This document shows positions 39,813-53,120 of a stretch of 64,000 bases of DNA, piece after piece. This stretch comes from Zootoca vivipara. Lineage: Eukaryota. The DNA is taken from positions 40,300,001 to 40,364,000 of the forward strand of contig NC_083278.1 in the NCBI RefSeq assembly GCF_963506605.1. The letters run 5' to 3'. A program made the position numbers and the translations under genes. The notes under the pieces were generated by a model. That model searched no databases. It was not told the DNA's origin and was given only the letters and a program-made list of their open reading frames with translations. The first letter of the stretch is position 1, and every line of letters starts with the position of its first letter.

Positions 39813-40041
39813 CGCTTTCCAAACGGTGTGTCGCGACACATTAGTGTGTCGGCTGCAGTGTGTAGGTGTGTCTTACAAATGCTCCCCACATTCCTCCCGG
39901 GGCTGGAGTTAGTTTAAAATCTGTTTTGCTAGGGAAACTGAATTACTGCATCGCGAAATGATGCAAAACTGAATTACTCTGCTGCAAAATGATGCATGTC
40001 TAAAAAGTGTGTCACCAACATGAAAAGTTTGGAAAGCTCTG
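39813..40041. mobile_element. hAT MITE (same family as 43179-43376)
   Basis: TTTTCCAAAC...AGTTTGGAAAGCTCTG termini and shared internal sequence. Confidence 0.7.
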
Positions 40042-40379
40042 CTGCATGCAGTATAAGGTGGGGGGGGGGAGAGAAGGGGGATAAGTAGACTTTCATTCTT
40101 TTACATAGTGGATGTGCAAGGTTTTTGTTTCAGCGTCACATGGATAGGTTATTTTTCTACTCATCTATTAGTTTTCATTGGCACTGACAAACCTTTGATA
40201 AAAAATTGTGGTTTTCTTTACATATTTGTAAAAAAAAAATCTTCTTTATGGTCCAGCTCTCACTTCCATACATCACTACTTATATATAAGTCACAAATTA
40301 ATAGCGCGTACATATGATACCGTAGTGCAGAGTAACGTGCTATATACGTGAAAGTATCCACTATGAACTCATGTAACGT

Positions 40380-40870
40380 TTTAAACCGCAGCAGGCTGCG
40401 CGCGAACCCGCGCGATTCCCCCTCCTGAGGACATTCCCATGGCTTCCGGCGGAAGTAACGAGTCATACTGCGCTCCAACCATAGAGCGGCTGGTCCGCTC
40501 TAGCCTCCGACGGTTGCTGTCTCTCGTATACTGGGAGGCTTGGCGGGGCGGGCTTGAGCGCTTGCGGAGACGGATTCCTTTTGGATACCATGGCGCTTCC
40601 GAAAGGTGAGTGAGAGGCACCCTGCCGCCGCCGCCGCCGTTCTCCCCGTTATGCGTAAATGGAACAGTCCGTTCTACTGAGGCAAATAGCCAGGCGTCAT
40701 CATGTTACTTGGAAGGCAGGGGTGGGATGTGAAGTGGGGGTGGGGGAGTTTGGAGACCTGCCTGATAACGCGGGCGGGGAGGTGACTGGCACCGGGGACT
40801 CCGGGGGGCAACAAACCCGGCCCGGCTGCCTGGCTGCTCTGCTGGGAAGCGGCTCTCGCTCAGGGGGGTC
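40380..40870. promoter_or_regulatory. CpG island promoter of SLC35A1 (candidate bidirectional with the ZNF gene)
   Basis: CpG-dense. Inverted ETS pair CTTCCGG-CGGAAGT at 40443-40456 and a GC box at about 40545-40552. Contains SLC35A1 exon 1. Confidence 0.8.
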
Positions 40871-43800
40871 TCTCTGCTCTTGTGTTAAGGAGGCGAAATA
40901 GTCTAAGGTTCATCGATGGAAGATAATGCTTCCTCCCTCTTTAAAGACATTGGCATGTCGGGGTCTCGCCAGGGCCGCTGGCAGGATTTGTGGGGGTTGA
41001 ACCCAAAATGTTAATCACAACGAATTTCCGCTCCCCATTCCCTCTGCTTCAGGTTGCTTAGGCGAAAGAATAGTCCCCCCTTGAAGCTCCCTCCGAGCAT
41101 GGAAATATCGCAGACTTCGTCTGTGAACACAGACTTGGAAACCTTTAGCCGCTTCTCGCATCATCCTTTCATGCAAACGGTGTCTGATGATGCTCCGTGT
41201 CACTCACTTGGCAACCTATTATAATAGCTGTTCTTGTGCAATGACCCTGGTCTAGAAGGCAAGCTCTTTCTCTAGATCCATGCGTATGTATTAATCGGTC
41301 TGAAATGCTAGGAGAGAGGTTTTCACATTAGAAAATAAATGCATCTAGGGATACATGAAATTGTAATGCAAAGAAGTGGCTTGCCTATCGTTGTGGTGTT
41401 AGAAACGTGCTTTCTCCCGTTTCTGAAAAATTGGGCCAAATAGACTTCTTTACGCATAGCACTTTTGTGTGTGCGTTGTTATAAGGACGTTAGATGATCT
41501 CTGTTGGATCACACCAATGGCCCATCTAGTCCAACATCTTGTTCTCACAGAGGCCAACCAGATGCCTATGGCTAGCCTGCAGGTAGGAGCTGAGGGCGGC
41601 AGCACTCTTCTCAAGATTCCCAGTAACTGAAATTCAGAGGAATAGTGCCTTCTACAGTGGAGGTACAATAGCCATTGATAGGTTTAGGTAAAGGTAAAGG
41701 GACCCTTGATCATCAGGTCCAGTCGTGACCAACTCTGGGGTTGCGGCGCTCATCTCGCGTTATTGGCCAAGGGATCCGGCGTACAGCTTCCATGACAAAG
41801 CCACTTCTGGCAAACCAGAGCAGCACAGGGAAACGCTGTTTACCTTCCTGCTGTAGCTATTCCTGCTATTTATCTACTTGCACTTTGACGTGCTTTTGAA
41901 CTCAGGGCCAGCTCTACAGCCAGGCTGGGTGGCGCAGGGCGCCATGGCGCCGGCCCGCCAGGGGGGGGCGTCACGCAGCCGTGCCTGCCCACCCGCCGGC
42001 CGCGCAGCAAGCCCGCCAGCCCGCCCGTCACACAGCAGCGCCCTCGGCGACCGCGCTGCACGCTGAGCCCGGCCACCCACCCACCCGTCGCGCTGGAAAA
42101 TGGGGCGGCGGCGGGATCCGTCACACCAGGGCGCCAAAGGTGCTTAAGACGGCCCTGTTTGAACTGCTAGGTTGGCAGGAGCTGGGACCGAGCAACTGCC
42201 GACCTTCCGATCGGCAAGCCCTAGGCTCAGTGGTTTAACCCACAGCGCCACCTGCGTCCCATTGATGGGTTTATCCTCCATGAATTTGCCTGTTCTTTTT
42301 TTATAAAAAGCAATCTGAGATGGTGACCATCACTACATCTTGTGAGACCAAATTCCAAAGTTTAACTATATATGTGCTGCCTGAAGAAGTACTTTCTTTT
42401 GTCTGCCCTGAAGCTTCCAACATTCAGCTTCCTTGGATGGCCCTGGGTTTCTAGGATGAGAGAGGAATCTGCTTTCCCCACACAGTGATAATTGCATCTT
42501 TTGCAGATAATTCTGCTGTTTGCATTTAGTTTGATATACACCTGAATTAGGCTGAAGGAAATAGAGTTATATTGTACTCAATTTAAATTACTCAGGATGT
42601 ACTCAGTTTAAATTAGTGCAACAGTGCATGTATTACTTGTACCTTGCAGGGATGTTTACACAGTCAAGGTGTATGAGTAACAGGATTTAGTAATTCCCAG
42701 TCATATCAGAATATGGTGTAATGATTCATGCATTCACTGTTGAGTTAATAACGAAATAAAGGTTTATACAGTTAAAGATAAATTGTTTAATCAACAGTCC
42801 AATTCAACTGTAACTATGTTATTTTTGGTGGCCAGAGACTAGATCAGGCACCCCCAAACTGCGGCCCTCCAGATGTTTTGGCCTACAACTCCCATGATCC
42901 CTAGCTAACAGGACCAGTGGTTGGGGAAGATGGGAATTGTAGTCCAAAACATCTGGAGGGCCAAAGTTTGGGGATGCCTGGACTAGATGATGGCTGTTCT
43001 ACTATACATCTTATGAAGAATCTGAAGTTCCTTGATTAGTAGCTTCTTATTTGCTGATGCTAAAACCAGTATGTGGAAATAATTTCATTTACTGTATTTC
43101 TGTTGGCCTTTGGTTTCAAGAACAGTTATAGGTGCCAGATGAGGTACCATTTTGAAAATAGCCTACAATTATCTAGACCAGAGCTTTCCAAACTCTGTGT
43201 CGTGACATGTTAGTGTGTCAGCTGCAGTGTGTCATGCGAACACTCCCCACCCTCCTCTCTGGGCTGGGAAGGGGTTAATTTAACCTCCAGTTTGCTAATA
43301 AAACTGAATTACTGTGTCACGAAATGATGCATATCTAAAAAGTGTTCCACCAACATGAAAAGTTTGGAAACCTCTGATCTAGAGAGCCGAGAGTGCGATA
43401 AGGCACTCTCCCACACCAGTTTGAAGGGCCTTTGAGCCCTGGCCCCACATTAGCCCTTCTGACAGGGGATGAGCAGGGCTACTTTGGCATGCTAATCAAT
43501 CGGTTAATGCTTATCAATTAAACAATTAATTAAATGTATATCCCTCCCTCCCAAAGGAGCCCAGGGCAAACACACTAGTGATAAACCAATGCAGTTAAAA
43601 ATAAAACATGTTCAAAACATCCCAAACCAATTAAAAACATATGAAAGCAGTAACATAGCCTTATTTCAGAGTTGCCAGGAACAGTATCTTTTGGCCATCA
43701 AATGCCTTGGTAAACAGGAACATTTTAAAGTTCCTCCTGAAACTTATTTGTGAAGGAGACAGATGTGCCTCACCAGGGAGGGTTTTCCACAATTGAGGAA

Positions 43801-46800
43801 ACCACCACCAAGAAGGCCCTATCATAAATCAGTGCCAACAAGGCATCCCCTAGTGGTGGCACCACCAACAAAGTCACCCGCAAGTTTTGGGTGCAAATCC
43901 TTATAATGGTTAACCGTAATGTTTCTACAGCAGGCCTGCCATAGCTTTTTGAATATAGAATGTTCCTGTTTTAAAACCTGTTTTCTAAGGACCAAACAGC
44001 AAACATAACTTCACTGTAGCTGTCAAGGTGGTTCACTTCTCATGTCCAATAGAGCGATGCTTTTGTTTTTCAGAAAATGTCAGCTTGCTTTTTAAGTTGT
44101 ACTGCTTGACGGTGATGACCTTGGTGGCTGCAACATATACAGTAGCTTTGCGATACACGAGAACAACAGAAACAGTTTTGTACTTTTCAACTACAGCTGT
44201 TTGCATTACAGAAGTTATCAAGCTATTCCTAAGTTTGGGCATTTTAGCAAAGTAAGTATAAATGTCGATGAGTAAATTGGAATAGTGTATTTGCTCTTTT
44301 TCTGTTTCTTTTATTTTCCTTGTTTTGTTTCTTGCTATGGTTCATGTGGACTGTGTTAGGCTTCTGTGAGCAGGTGGTATCAGAGGAGTCCTTCTCGAAA
44401 AGATTGGTTTTTAAACAAGTGAAAACCACCCACCATTTTAGTTTCCTAATCTCTTTTATGAATAGGTGTCTCTGCCTTGAGTTCATTGCTTTGGATAAGG
44501 TTCAGAAGACTGTGTAAATTAAGTATGGATGCTTGGCTGGCAGGTTTCTGGGTTGGTGTAGGCAGGAGTCTTCAGAGTCATTCAAGAAGAATTTGTATTC
44601 TCACTAAGGCGGTATTTAAGGATTAGAAGCAATCCTCTGAACAATGTTGACCTGTCCTCCCTCAAATATGCCTACTATGTTCTGGAAGGATTCTCAATCA
44701 CAGGGCACCTATGACTTCTTTTAGCCTACACAGAAGCTATGGTATTCAAATGGCTTCTCCCCCATGCTGGTAACATACGAATAATAGACTCTTATTTGTG
44801 TTTTAATGGGACCCCAGACCTGCTGCCTCATCTTGGTAATGGTAGAGCTGGCCTTGAGCCTCATGGTAGAATGCTTGGGCACTTTCAGTAAGTCACTGTT
44901 CTTGCTGTATGTTGTAACATGGTACAGTACAGTGGTGCAGCCTTGGGTAGGAATTTCTCTAGCCTCTCTGTCTCTCAGAACCTCAATATTTCCCAAAATC
45001 TGTGAGTTTATAAAGGTTGTTTATGAAGCTCTAGCTTATTCAGTAACATGCTCTGCAGCAAGGGTAACATGCTTTGCACCTTTGGCCCTCCAGCTCCCAT
45101 AATCCCTGGCCATTGGTCATTCTGGCAGAGGCTGATGGGAGTTGTAGACCAGCAACAGCTGGAAGGTCACAGGTTACCCCACTGCTGACTTCAATCATGG
45201 TTAAGTATAGACTGCAAATTGCAATGTAGAATTTCTATCCTGAAGTGGGTTTGCTAATCTTTGTCTTGGTTCTGTCATGGTGGGTGGGGCCACCCACCTG
45301 TCAATTACCTGAGGTCACAATGATGGTGCTTAAAGTGTCCGAGGCTTTGGCTTTACCACCCACCAGCTTTTTGCAGCTATTGGGTGTGTGGGTGAAATCC
45401 CCACAGGGAGCTCAGTAAAGCACAGCCTTATCCAACAAGTGATGGGCGGTAGAGTCAAAATCAGATTTATCTTTTGCCAATGCGCAATCAGGAACGCATG
45501 TTAAGGCTCCCAAATATGAATTGGCAGCTGTGCCTCTATCCGCCCCACCTGACAACACAGGTCATGTCAGGTATGAGACAAGCAGGTGAGTGTGGTTTGG
45601 GGAAAAACTGCCTCTAAGGCCAAAATTGAATCCCTGGAGGGCAAAGGTTGGCCAATGGGGTAGAAGTTGTCCACCCCAGAATCTGGGACAGAACCTGGGA
45701 GAGAGTTTAGTTCTTCAGGCTGATATAACCTCTGGTTTGTGCTAACCTTGGTTGAACTGTATGTCTGCATTCAGCATTTGTCTTTTTGAATAAAAACCAG
45801 TTTGCCTTTTTGAATAAGCCAGCAGTCAGTCAGACTTAATCTCTTCTCCTGCAGTTGTCTTTGCCGCCCTCACCTCTACTTTCCAACAGATGTAATCCAA
45901 TATGAGTAAATGCTTTATTCCCCTTCTCTTGCAGTTGTATCCCATTCGCTTCCTTTGTAATGTCAGCTGAGAAGCACACATTAGAACGGTGGGGGCTGAT
46001 ATGAGTTCTCTGTGTTCAGAGTAAAGCAATCTTCTCCTTAACACTGCTAGATCTCAGAGTTGAGTCTCGAGGGGCAAAAAGTAGGTCACTAGTTATGAGT
46101 ATCGTTTCTGAGGCCTGGTTTCAGCTGCGTAATCACTTTAGCCACCCTGTAATTATGAGGGCAAAATGGGGAAAAAAAGACATTTCATGCTGTGCCGACT
46201 CCAAATACATAATTACTATCCTATCAAATTCAGAAATGACATGGATTCTTGAAATTGGGTCCCAGGAAAGTCCAACTTCCCTGGCAGGAATAGTTTAAAC
46301 AAGCAAGTCACAAGCAATGGTTTGGACTTTTAAAATATGGAGATAGCATTGACACGAAGAGGCTGTCCTCATTTTAGTCACAGGAGGTAGATTTAAGGGG
46401 AAACAGCTTTCTTGCTGTTTCACAATATTTGGTGACGTGTCATACTGTACTGGATTTTGTGAGATTGTGTATTTTGCCATTTTCCTGTACATAAGTGTAT
46501 CTACAATGCCCATGTACAGACTCTGTTACTTTTGTTCTCCCAGATCTGGTTCTCATACAGGGGTAATTTCACATGCACAGGAGTAAAGACAGTGTTCCTC
46601 TGCCTCCCCCCCCCCTTTTGTTGTTGTTGTTGCATACACTACAAAATCACAGAGGCGGATAAAATGCATGTGCAAAGCTGTTCCTTTTTGCAGCAGGAAC
46701 AGGACTGCTGACATCTCAGGTGGCCAAAATGAGGCCAGCAAAGTGGTGTACGTATAAGATAAAATTCCTGAGATTCACCTAATGTACAGTTGCCATATGT

Positions 46801-49800
46801 CCGGAATTTCCCGGGCATAGCCAGTATTTGGGCTCCATAAACAGTATCCAGGCGGAAATCACTTAAATGTCTGGGAAAATCCAGACGTAAGGCAGCCTAT
46901 GTCAGAAGTATAGATTTTGGCAAATTTCATTTATAATAATAATAATAAATTTCATTTTTACAAAAAGCGCAATAACTTTGCCAAAAAAAGCTCACTTTTT
47001 GAAATATGGCAACCCTACCCGATGAGCCCCATCAGAGGACAGCTGCAAAGCTTCTGGTGTTTTTATGGTGCCTTGAAATGGTATGTAAAGGGTGATACGT
47101 AAATTTAATTAATTAACTACTGTACTTTTAAAAATCTGCCTTACTGCAACATTTAGAGGAGGTTTTAAAATCAACCAACCCAACCAAATGTTGTCTTCAT
47201 TCCAGCACTGCCAACTGGAATGTCTGGTTTGCATTCTGTCACCCTCAAGGCGGTTACAGCCTTTGTTTGCCTTGCGGATGGGGGAAGAATGTGAATCTTA
47301 AGCTTTCCAGGAGACTCAGTCAGCACGACTCTCCTTCCTCTAGTTGGCTTTTGCTTTTCTCTTTTTTTGGAGGGCCTCAAGATTGATACAGGATAGGAAG
47401 CGGGTGTTATTGACAAGCTCATCCTGGCAGCTGAGAGGTTGTGAGGCTAGGCCTCTCTGTTGGGCTATTTCTGGATTTTTCTTGTTCTGCTGTACTATTG
47501 TCAAGCAGCTACAGTCATATTTGTGCTCAGAGATTCTTCTTTTTTAAACATTTTCCAGAGAGACTGGAAGCCCGGGTAAACTATTGACATCTTTAAAAGA
47601 AAATGTCTTGGGCAGCCCTAAAGAGCTACTCAAATTAAGTGTCCCGTCTCTCGTCTACGCCATCCAGAACAACATGGCCTTCCTGGCTCTTAGCAATTTG
47701 GATGCAGCCGTTTACCAGGTAATGGTTGATGTTTGGAAGTTAGATGCAGACTCCCTAACCTTACCAGGCCACACCCCTCATTGGTCCTCCTTTGTAGCCA
47801 CTGTGAGTGTTCTTGCCTGCTTAGAATGAGCCCCGGCACTCTGACCACTCTTTGTGCTTGTCTGGGAGAGAGAGATTTTTAATGTGCCTGGAAACACGCT
47901 GTCAAGGTTGTTGTGACTACTCCTGAGTAACGACCTTCCACATGCTTGTCTTTCAAAAGTCTTTATTAGTGCACATTATTTACAGTGTAGCGAGGTGTTG
48001 GTTTCATGTATCCTCATTCCGAATCAGAATCCAGCACTGCCCCCTTCCGCGATTTGGACCAACATAAAAGCAGTGAATCTCCTCCCTTTTCTCCTCCTCC
48101 TCAATTCCGGTGTGTGTGTGGGGGGTCTGCGGTCTGCCTGATTCCTCTCCTCTCTCTCTCCCTTTCCCTCTCTTCCTGCCTGTGGAGCAGGGGCTCTTGG
48201 ATGTTGCAAGAGGTCTGGCACTCCCTTTCTGTCTCCTGACTTTCCTCATCTGCCCCTTCGCTTTCATGACTGCTTGGAGATGGGCTGCTTCTGATGAGGG
48301 GCGGGGGCTCTTCTCTATAAGCCCTTCCCCTTACATACGCCTACAGTACAAAGGTTAAATTAATATTCCATCACTCAGTCTTTATTGCAGTCATAGACCA
48401 GGCAACAGAAAGAAATAAACATTAGTTTCTATGCCCACCACTGGCATGTGGCCCCTGAAGCATTGTCCAGAGGGGAATGTGGCCCTCAGGCTGGCAAATG
48501 TTCCCCATCCCTGAGCTATTATGGATGAGCTCGTGCAAGTGTGCCCATCAACTGGTGGCTTCAACATCGAGCGACAGGTTGTGTGTGTGAAGCAGCTGTC
48601 ACAAACGGAACACCCCAAACAGAACTTCTGCATTGTTTCGTAGGAACTCAGACGCAGTATCTTTTCAATGGAAAATGGTTCACACTTTCAGCTGCAAGTC
48701 ATGGAAGGGAAAAGTCATCCTGTGCGTGTAACTCTTTCCTGAGAGGAAGGGGATTGTTCACCAATGAAGATCCTGCCATTAACATAACATTCCTTACATG
48801 AACCAAGTAATGATGTTGGATGGGTCATCTAGTCCACCACCCTCCACAATGCAGGAATCTCAACTAAAGATTCCAATCTCTGCTTAGAAACCTCAAAGGA
48901 AGGAGAGTCCACAACCTCCTGAGGGAGTCTGTTCCACTGTCAAACAGCTTTTACTGTCAGAAAATTCTTCTTGATGTTTTGTTGTATTACATTGTTGTTA
49001 TAACGGTTGTGTTATATTGTTGTTATTAAATAGAGTAGGTTAGATATTAAACAGATTGTCTTTCTGCCCTTTTCCTAATACCTTGCCCATAGCTAAATGA
49101 AACATGCCCTTTCTTTCTGGCTTCCTAGGTGACCTATCAGTTAAAGATCCCATGTACTGCTTTATGTACAGTCTTGATGCTGAACCGCTCTCTCAGCAGA
49201 CTGCAGTGGTTCTCAGTCTTCATGTTGTGTGGTGGAGTCACGCTTGTTCAGTGGAAGCCAGCTCAGGCCACAAAAGTCCAGGTAAAGTTGATCACTGGGA
49301 GCCTTTTTCCATACCTGCTCTCTGAAATAAGTTGCTTGTGCATTAAGTTGCATAATCTTACCCTAAGGGCATTGTGGAAGAGTTTACTGCAGGGGTGGAT
49401 TAATTGCAGCCCTCCAGATGTTGCTCTACTGAAGGGGTCAGCAAACTTTTTCAGCAGGGGACCGGTCTACTGTCCTTCAGACCTTGTGGGGGGCTGGACT
49501 ATATTTTGAAAAAAAATATGAACGCATTCCTATGCCCCACAAATAACCCAGAGGTGCATTTTACATTCTACTCATATAAAAACATGCCGATTCCTGGACC
49601 ACCCGCGGGCCGGATTTAGAAGGCGATTGGGCCGCATCCGGCCCCCGGGCATTAGTTTGGGGACCCCTGCTCTACTGCAGCTTCCATCTTAATCAGGATG
49701 TCCTTTCCACACTGTAGGAATTGGGCCTTCTGTGTGTTTGCATCTGCCTTTTGGAAGCCCCTCCCTTTGAATACGAGACAGGCACTGTCTCTGTTGCCTT

Positions 49801-52800
49801 TTTGGTGCCTACTGAAGGCCTTCAACAAGTTGAGACCTTTCCCAGTCTGCATCTGTATTGGAACCATTTTAAAGATATTCTTTGGATTTTGTTTTTTCAC
49901 TGTTTTAGCACTTGTTTGGCACCGTACGCTCCTCTGGGAGAAAGGGTAGTATATAAATGTAAGTAAGTAAGTGAATGAATGAATGCCCTCATTGCATTTC
50001 AAGAATTAGCTAAGTTGTAGTATCCTGCAGCAGCTGGTTGAATTAGCAGGAGAGGAAAGGAGAAGCTCTGTTAAGCGAGTGGATGACCGCCTGTGCTACA
50101 TTGGCTCTCACTCTCTTTTCCCCAGAGACAATTGAGCACACAGGGAGTCAAATTCTGTAGTGCTGCTTGCATAGCACTGGCAGATGTTGCCAGATGGCCT
50201 AAGTCATCTTTTGTTGTTGCAGTAAATGAACGATCTGGCTTGGCTTCTGTAAGTGACTGCAGCTATAAATAAACTTCCTCTGGTTTTATTTGTTCTTTAG
50301 ATGGAGCAGAGCCCATTGATAGGCTTCGGTGCGATAGCCATTGCTGTTTTATGTTCAGGATTTGCAGGTAAAACCTTGTGGTTAAAGTTATCTTCAAGTA
50401 GCAGGAATTTATCTGTGACTGTGGCTAGTCCGACAGTGAAGGCCCCCTCTTCCTTTACCTTGCCAGCTTAGAAAACACCATAGCACAGCTCCTTCCCATC
50501 CTTCTCATGTAACATGGGAGAAGCTCTGGGAAGTGTCTTGGGTCACATCCACGCCATTTAAAGCACTCTTATACCACTTTTGGGACGCGGGTGGCGCTGT
50601 AGTGTAAACCACTGAGCCTTGGGCTTGCTGATTGGAAGGTTGGCGGTTCGAATCCCCACGACGGGGTGAGCTCCCGTTGTTCGGTCCCAGCTCCTGCTAA
50701 CCTAGCAGTTCGAAAGCACATCAAGGTGCAAGCAGATAAATAGGTCCCACCCCAGTGGGAAGGTAAAAGGTGTTTCTGTGCACTGCTCTGGTTTTGCCAG
50801 AAGCGGTTTAGTCATGCTGGCCACATGACCCGGAAAAACTGTCTGCAGACAAATGCCGGCTGCCTCGGCCAGTAAAGCGAGATGAGCACCGCAATCCCAG
50901 TCGTTTGCGACTGGACTTAACTGTCAGGGGTCCTTTACCTTTGTCTTTTTATACCACTTTAGCGGCCGTTGCTTCTCCCAAAGAATCCTGAGAACTGTAA
51001 TATGTTTCTTCCAGTAGCACCTTAGAGACCAACTAAGTTTGTCATAGGTATGAGCTTTCGTGTGCATGCACACTTCTTCATGTTCTTCATGCATGCACAC
51101 GAAAGCTCATACCAATGACAAACTTACGGTAGTTGGTCTCTAAGGTGCTACTGGAAGGAATTTTTTATTTATTTTTTGTTTCAACTACGTCAGACCAACA
51201 CAGCTACCTACCTGTAACATGTAAGATGTTTGTTGCACAGCTACAATTCCCAGCACCCTGAACAAACCCAGTGCCCAGGAGCCTTTGGGGGAAACCAAAA
51301 CCGTTAAGAGTGCTTTAAGTGTACATTGTAGATGCGACCTATGTCATAGCTCAGGTCTGCCCAGCCTAGGTCTCTTTTGTAAGACAACTCCTATAATCTC
51401 TGAGCATCAGCTCTACCTGTTAGGGCTAATGGGACTCAGGTGACAACACCTGTTGGAGGGCATCAGGTTGGGGAAGGCTGCTGTAGCTGTTCCCCACCTC
51501 AGCATCACCTCTTCCACAAACTTGCATGGTGGGAAGGTGGTGCAAGTTGACCCTGGGTTTCTGATCTCTGTGGTGTGCGGTAAATTCCCGAAATCAAATT
51601 TTAATGTATGGCAGGAGCTGTACGTTGTTTCACCTCTCCCTTCTCTTCCCTTTCAGGGGTATATTTTGAGAAAGTGCTGAAGAGTTCAGATACATCTTTA
51701 TGGGTCAGGAACATTCAGCTGTACCTCTCTGGGATCGTAGTGACCTTGGCTGGTGTCTACATGTCTGATGGCGCTAATGTAATGGAAAAGGGCTTCTTTT
51801 ATGGCTATACCCGATACGTCTGGTTTGTCATCTGTAAGTATCTGATTGTCTTTTATCTTCAGTTCTACTTTTTTCTTCTTCAAGCTGGGGCCAGGGTGTA
51901 TGAGATCAGCTTGGGGAAATTATGGGGCAGAGACATCACTGAGCACAGCAAATTAAATTCAGTGGTCTACTGTCCTGCAGGAAATAATTCAGAAGCATGC
52001 ACTTTCCAGGGGAGTCTGACCAGTTCTCTCCTGAATACTGGCAAGAACTTAAGAATCTTGGGTGACTATCAGCTAGACTGCATGAGGGATATGGGAAGAG
52101 ACAGGCCTTATTCCCTGGGTTACAAAGAAATAAGTATTCAAGGTTAAGACTAACTGCTGTGCTGGCTTTCCAAAGGGACTTTGGGTAGCATAAGAAATGC
52201 AGGTCCTGTCAGGTAGGGCAGGTTAGTCACGCTGGTGCCATTCAGAGAATAAGCCAAGATGTAAACAAGCCTTTTTCCTTGATATGTAGGGATGTAAACA
52301 GCATTGCTGGTGCAACCTAATAGGTATAGACTAATACCAGGTTTGGTGTACCATGGAACAAGGGTATGCCACCTGGAACACAAATTTAATCCTCTGAGGT
52401 TGTGATACATGTCCCAAATGGACAGTATCTTCCATCCTTCAAAAAGCTATTGTCTTATTCTATGGTAAATAAGAAAAAGATGTCAGACACTTTATTAACA
52501 GGGATATCTCCTTTTGCTGTCTAGTCCTTTCCAGCGTTGGAGGTCTCTACACTTCAGTTGTTGTTAAGTACACTGACAACATTATGAAAGGCTTTTCTGC
52601 AGCCGCCGCCATCGTTCTCTCTACCGTTGCCTCAGTCCTCCTCTTTGGCTTACAGATAAGTACGTTGCTTTTGGCCATAGTCCACAATCTTAGGTGGCGC
52701 TCCTTTGGCGCGTTTGTTTGGCATGGGCTTGAATAACTGTTGTCAGCTAATTGTATTATTGTATAGTATTATAATCTGATGTTGTCAGCCCACAAACAAA

Positions 52801-53120
52801 TCAGCAAAGGTTAACATTTCAAAGATGGCAGCATCTATTATTATTGCCAGATGTGGTGAAGCATAAAGGTGAACTTAAATATGAAGTACACAGCAATCTG
52901 ATAACGAGTTTCATATTAAAAAAGTATTCTAGAGTTTCTGTTTGGATCAGTGTGTTTTAAGCCATGTGCTTTTATGTTTTTCCCTTTAGCCATCACCTTC
53001 TCTCTCGGTGCCCTCCTTGTATGCATCTCAATATACCTGTATGGACTGCCTCGACAAGACACTACAAAAATCCAGCCAGCAGAAGCAAAAGGGTCAAAAC
53101 AAAATCTGATTAGTGTGTGA
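40590..53120 (+). CDS. SLC35A1: CMP-sialic acid transporter, 338 aa
   Basis: join(40590..40605,44074..44251,47559..47718,49129..49281,50301..50367,51657..51833,52525..52659,52990..53120) = 1017 nt, all GT-AG and in phase. Motifs [56 protein letters not shown] and [25 protein letters not shown]. Confidence 0.97.
41687..42260 (-). mobile_element. Sauria SINE, interrupted by a hAT MITE and inserted in a CR1 fragment
   Basis: Minus-strand head GGGACGCAGGTGGCGCTGTGGG and tail CCTTTACCTTTACC. TSD ATTGATRGGTTTA (41674-41686 / 42261-42273). The flanks (about 41480-42460) are CR1-like. Confidence 0.8.
41903..42157. mobile_element. GC-rich hAT MITE nested in a Sauria SINE
   Basis: CAGGGCC / GGCCCTG termini and 8-bp TSD TTTGAACT (41895-41902 / 42158-42165). 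Confidence 0.82.
42845..42980. mobile_element. 136-bp hAT MITE
   Basis: CAGGCA...TGCCTG termini and 8-bp TSD GACTAGAT. Confidence 0.88.
43179..43376. mobile_element. hAT MITE
   Basis: CAGAGCTTTCCAAACT / AGTTTGGAAACCTCTG and TSD ATCTAGAC / ATCTAGAG. Confidence 0.82.
47900..48335 (-). mobile_element. Probable solo LTR
   Basis: TG...CA termini (TGTCA...TTACA), 5-bp flanks CACGC / TACGC, and a minus-strand AATAAA near 47965. Confidence 0.5.
49432..49669. mobile_element. hAT (Charlie-like) non-autonomous element
   Basis: AGGGGTCAGCAAACT...AGTTTGGGGACCCCTG and 8-bp TSD CTCTACTG. Inserted into an older MITE remnant. Confidence 0.85.
50582..50948 (+). mobile_element. Full-length Sauria SINE
   Basis: Head GGGACGCGGGTGGCGCTG with B-box GGTTCGAATCC and tail CCTTTACCTTT. 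12-bp TSD TTATACCACTTT (50569-50580 / 50949-50960). Confidence 0.9.
51008..51218. mobile_element. Penelope-like pLTR remnant, inverted pair (hammerhead cores truncated)
   Basis: Same family as 3726-3929. Flanks TGTAATATGTTT / TGTAAGATGTTT. Confidence 0.72.

Noticed and set aside
45273-46043. LTR-like segment in SLC35A1 intron 2
   Set aside because: It has TG/CA-like ends and a poly(A) signal, but I could not find matching termini with a TSD.
51008-51218. Fourth and fifth intact hammerheads
   Set aside because: The inversion junction removes stem I and the start of the CUGANGA core on one arm and the whole core on the other.
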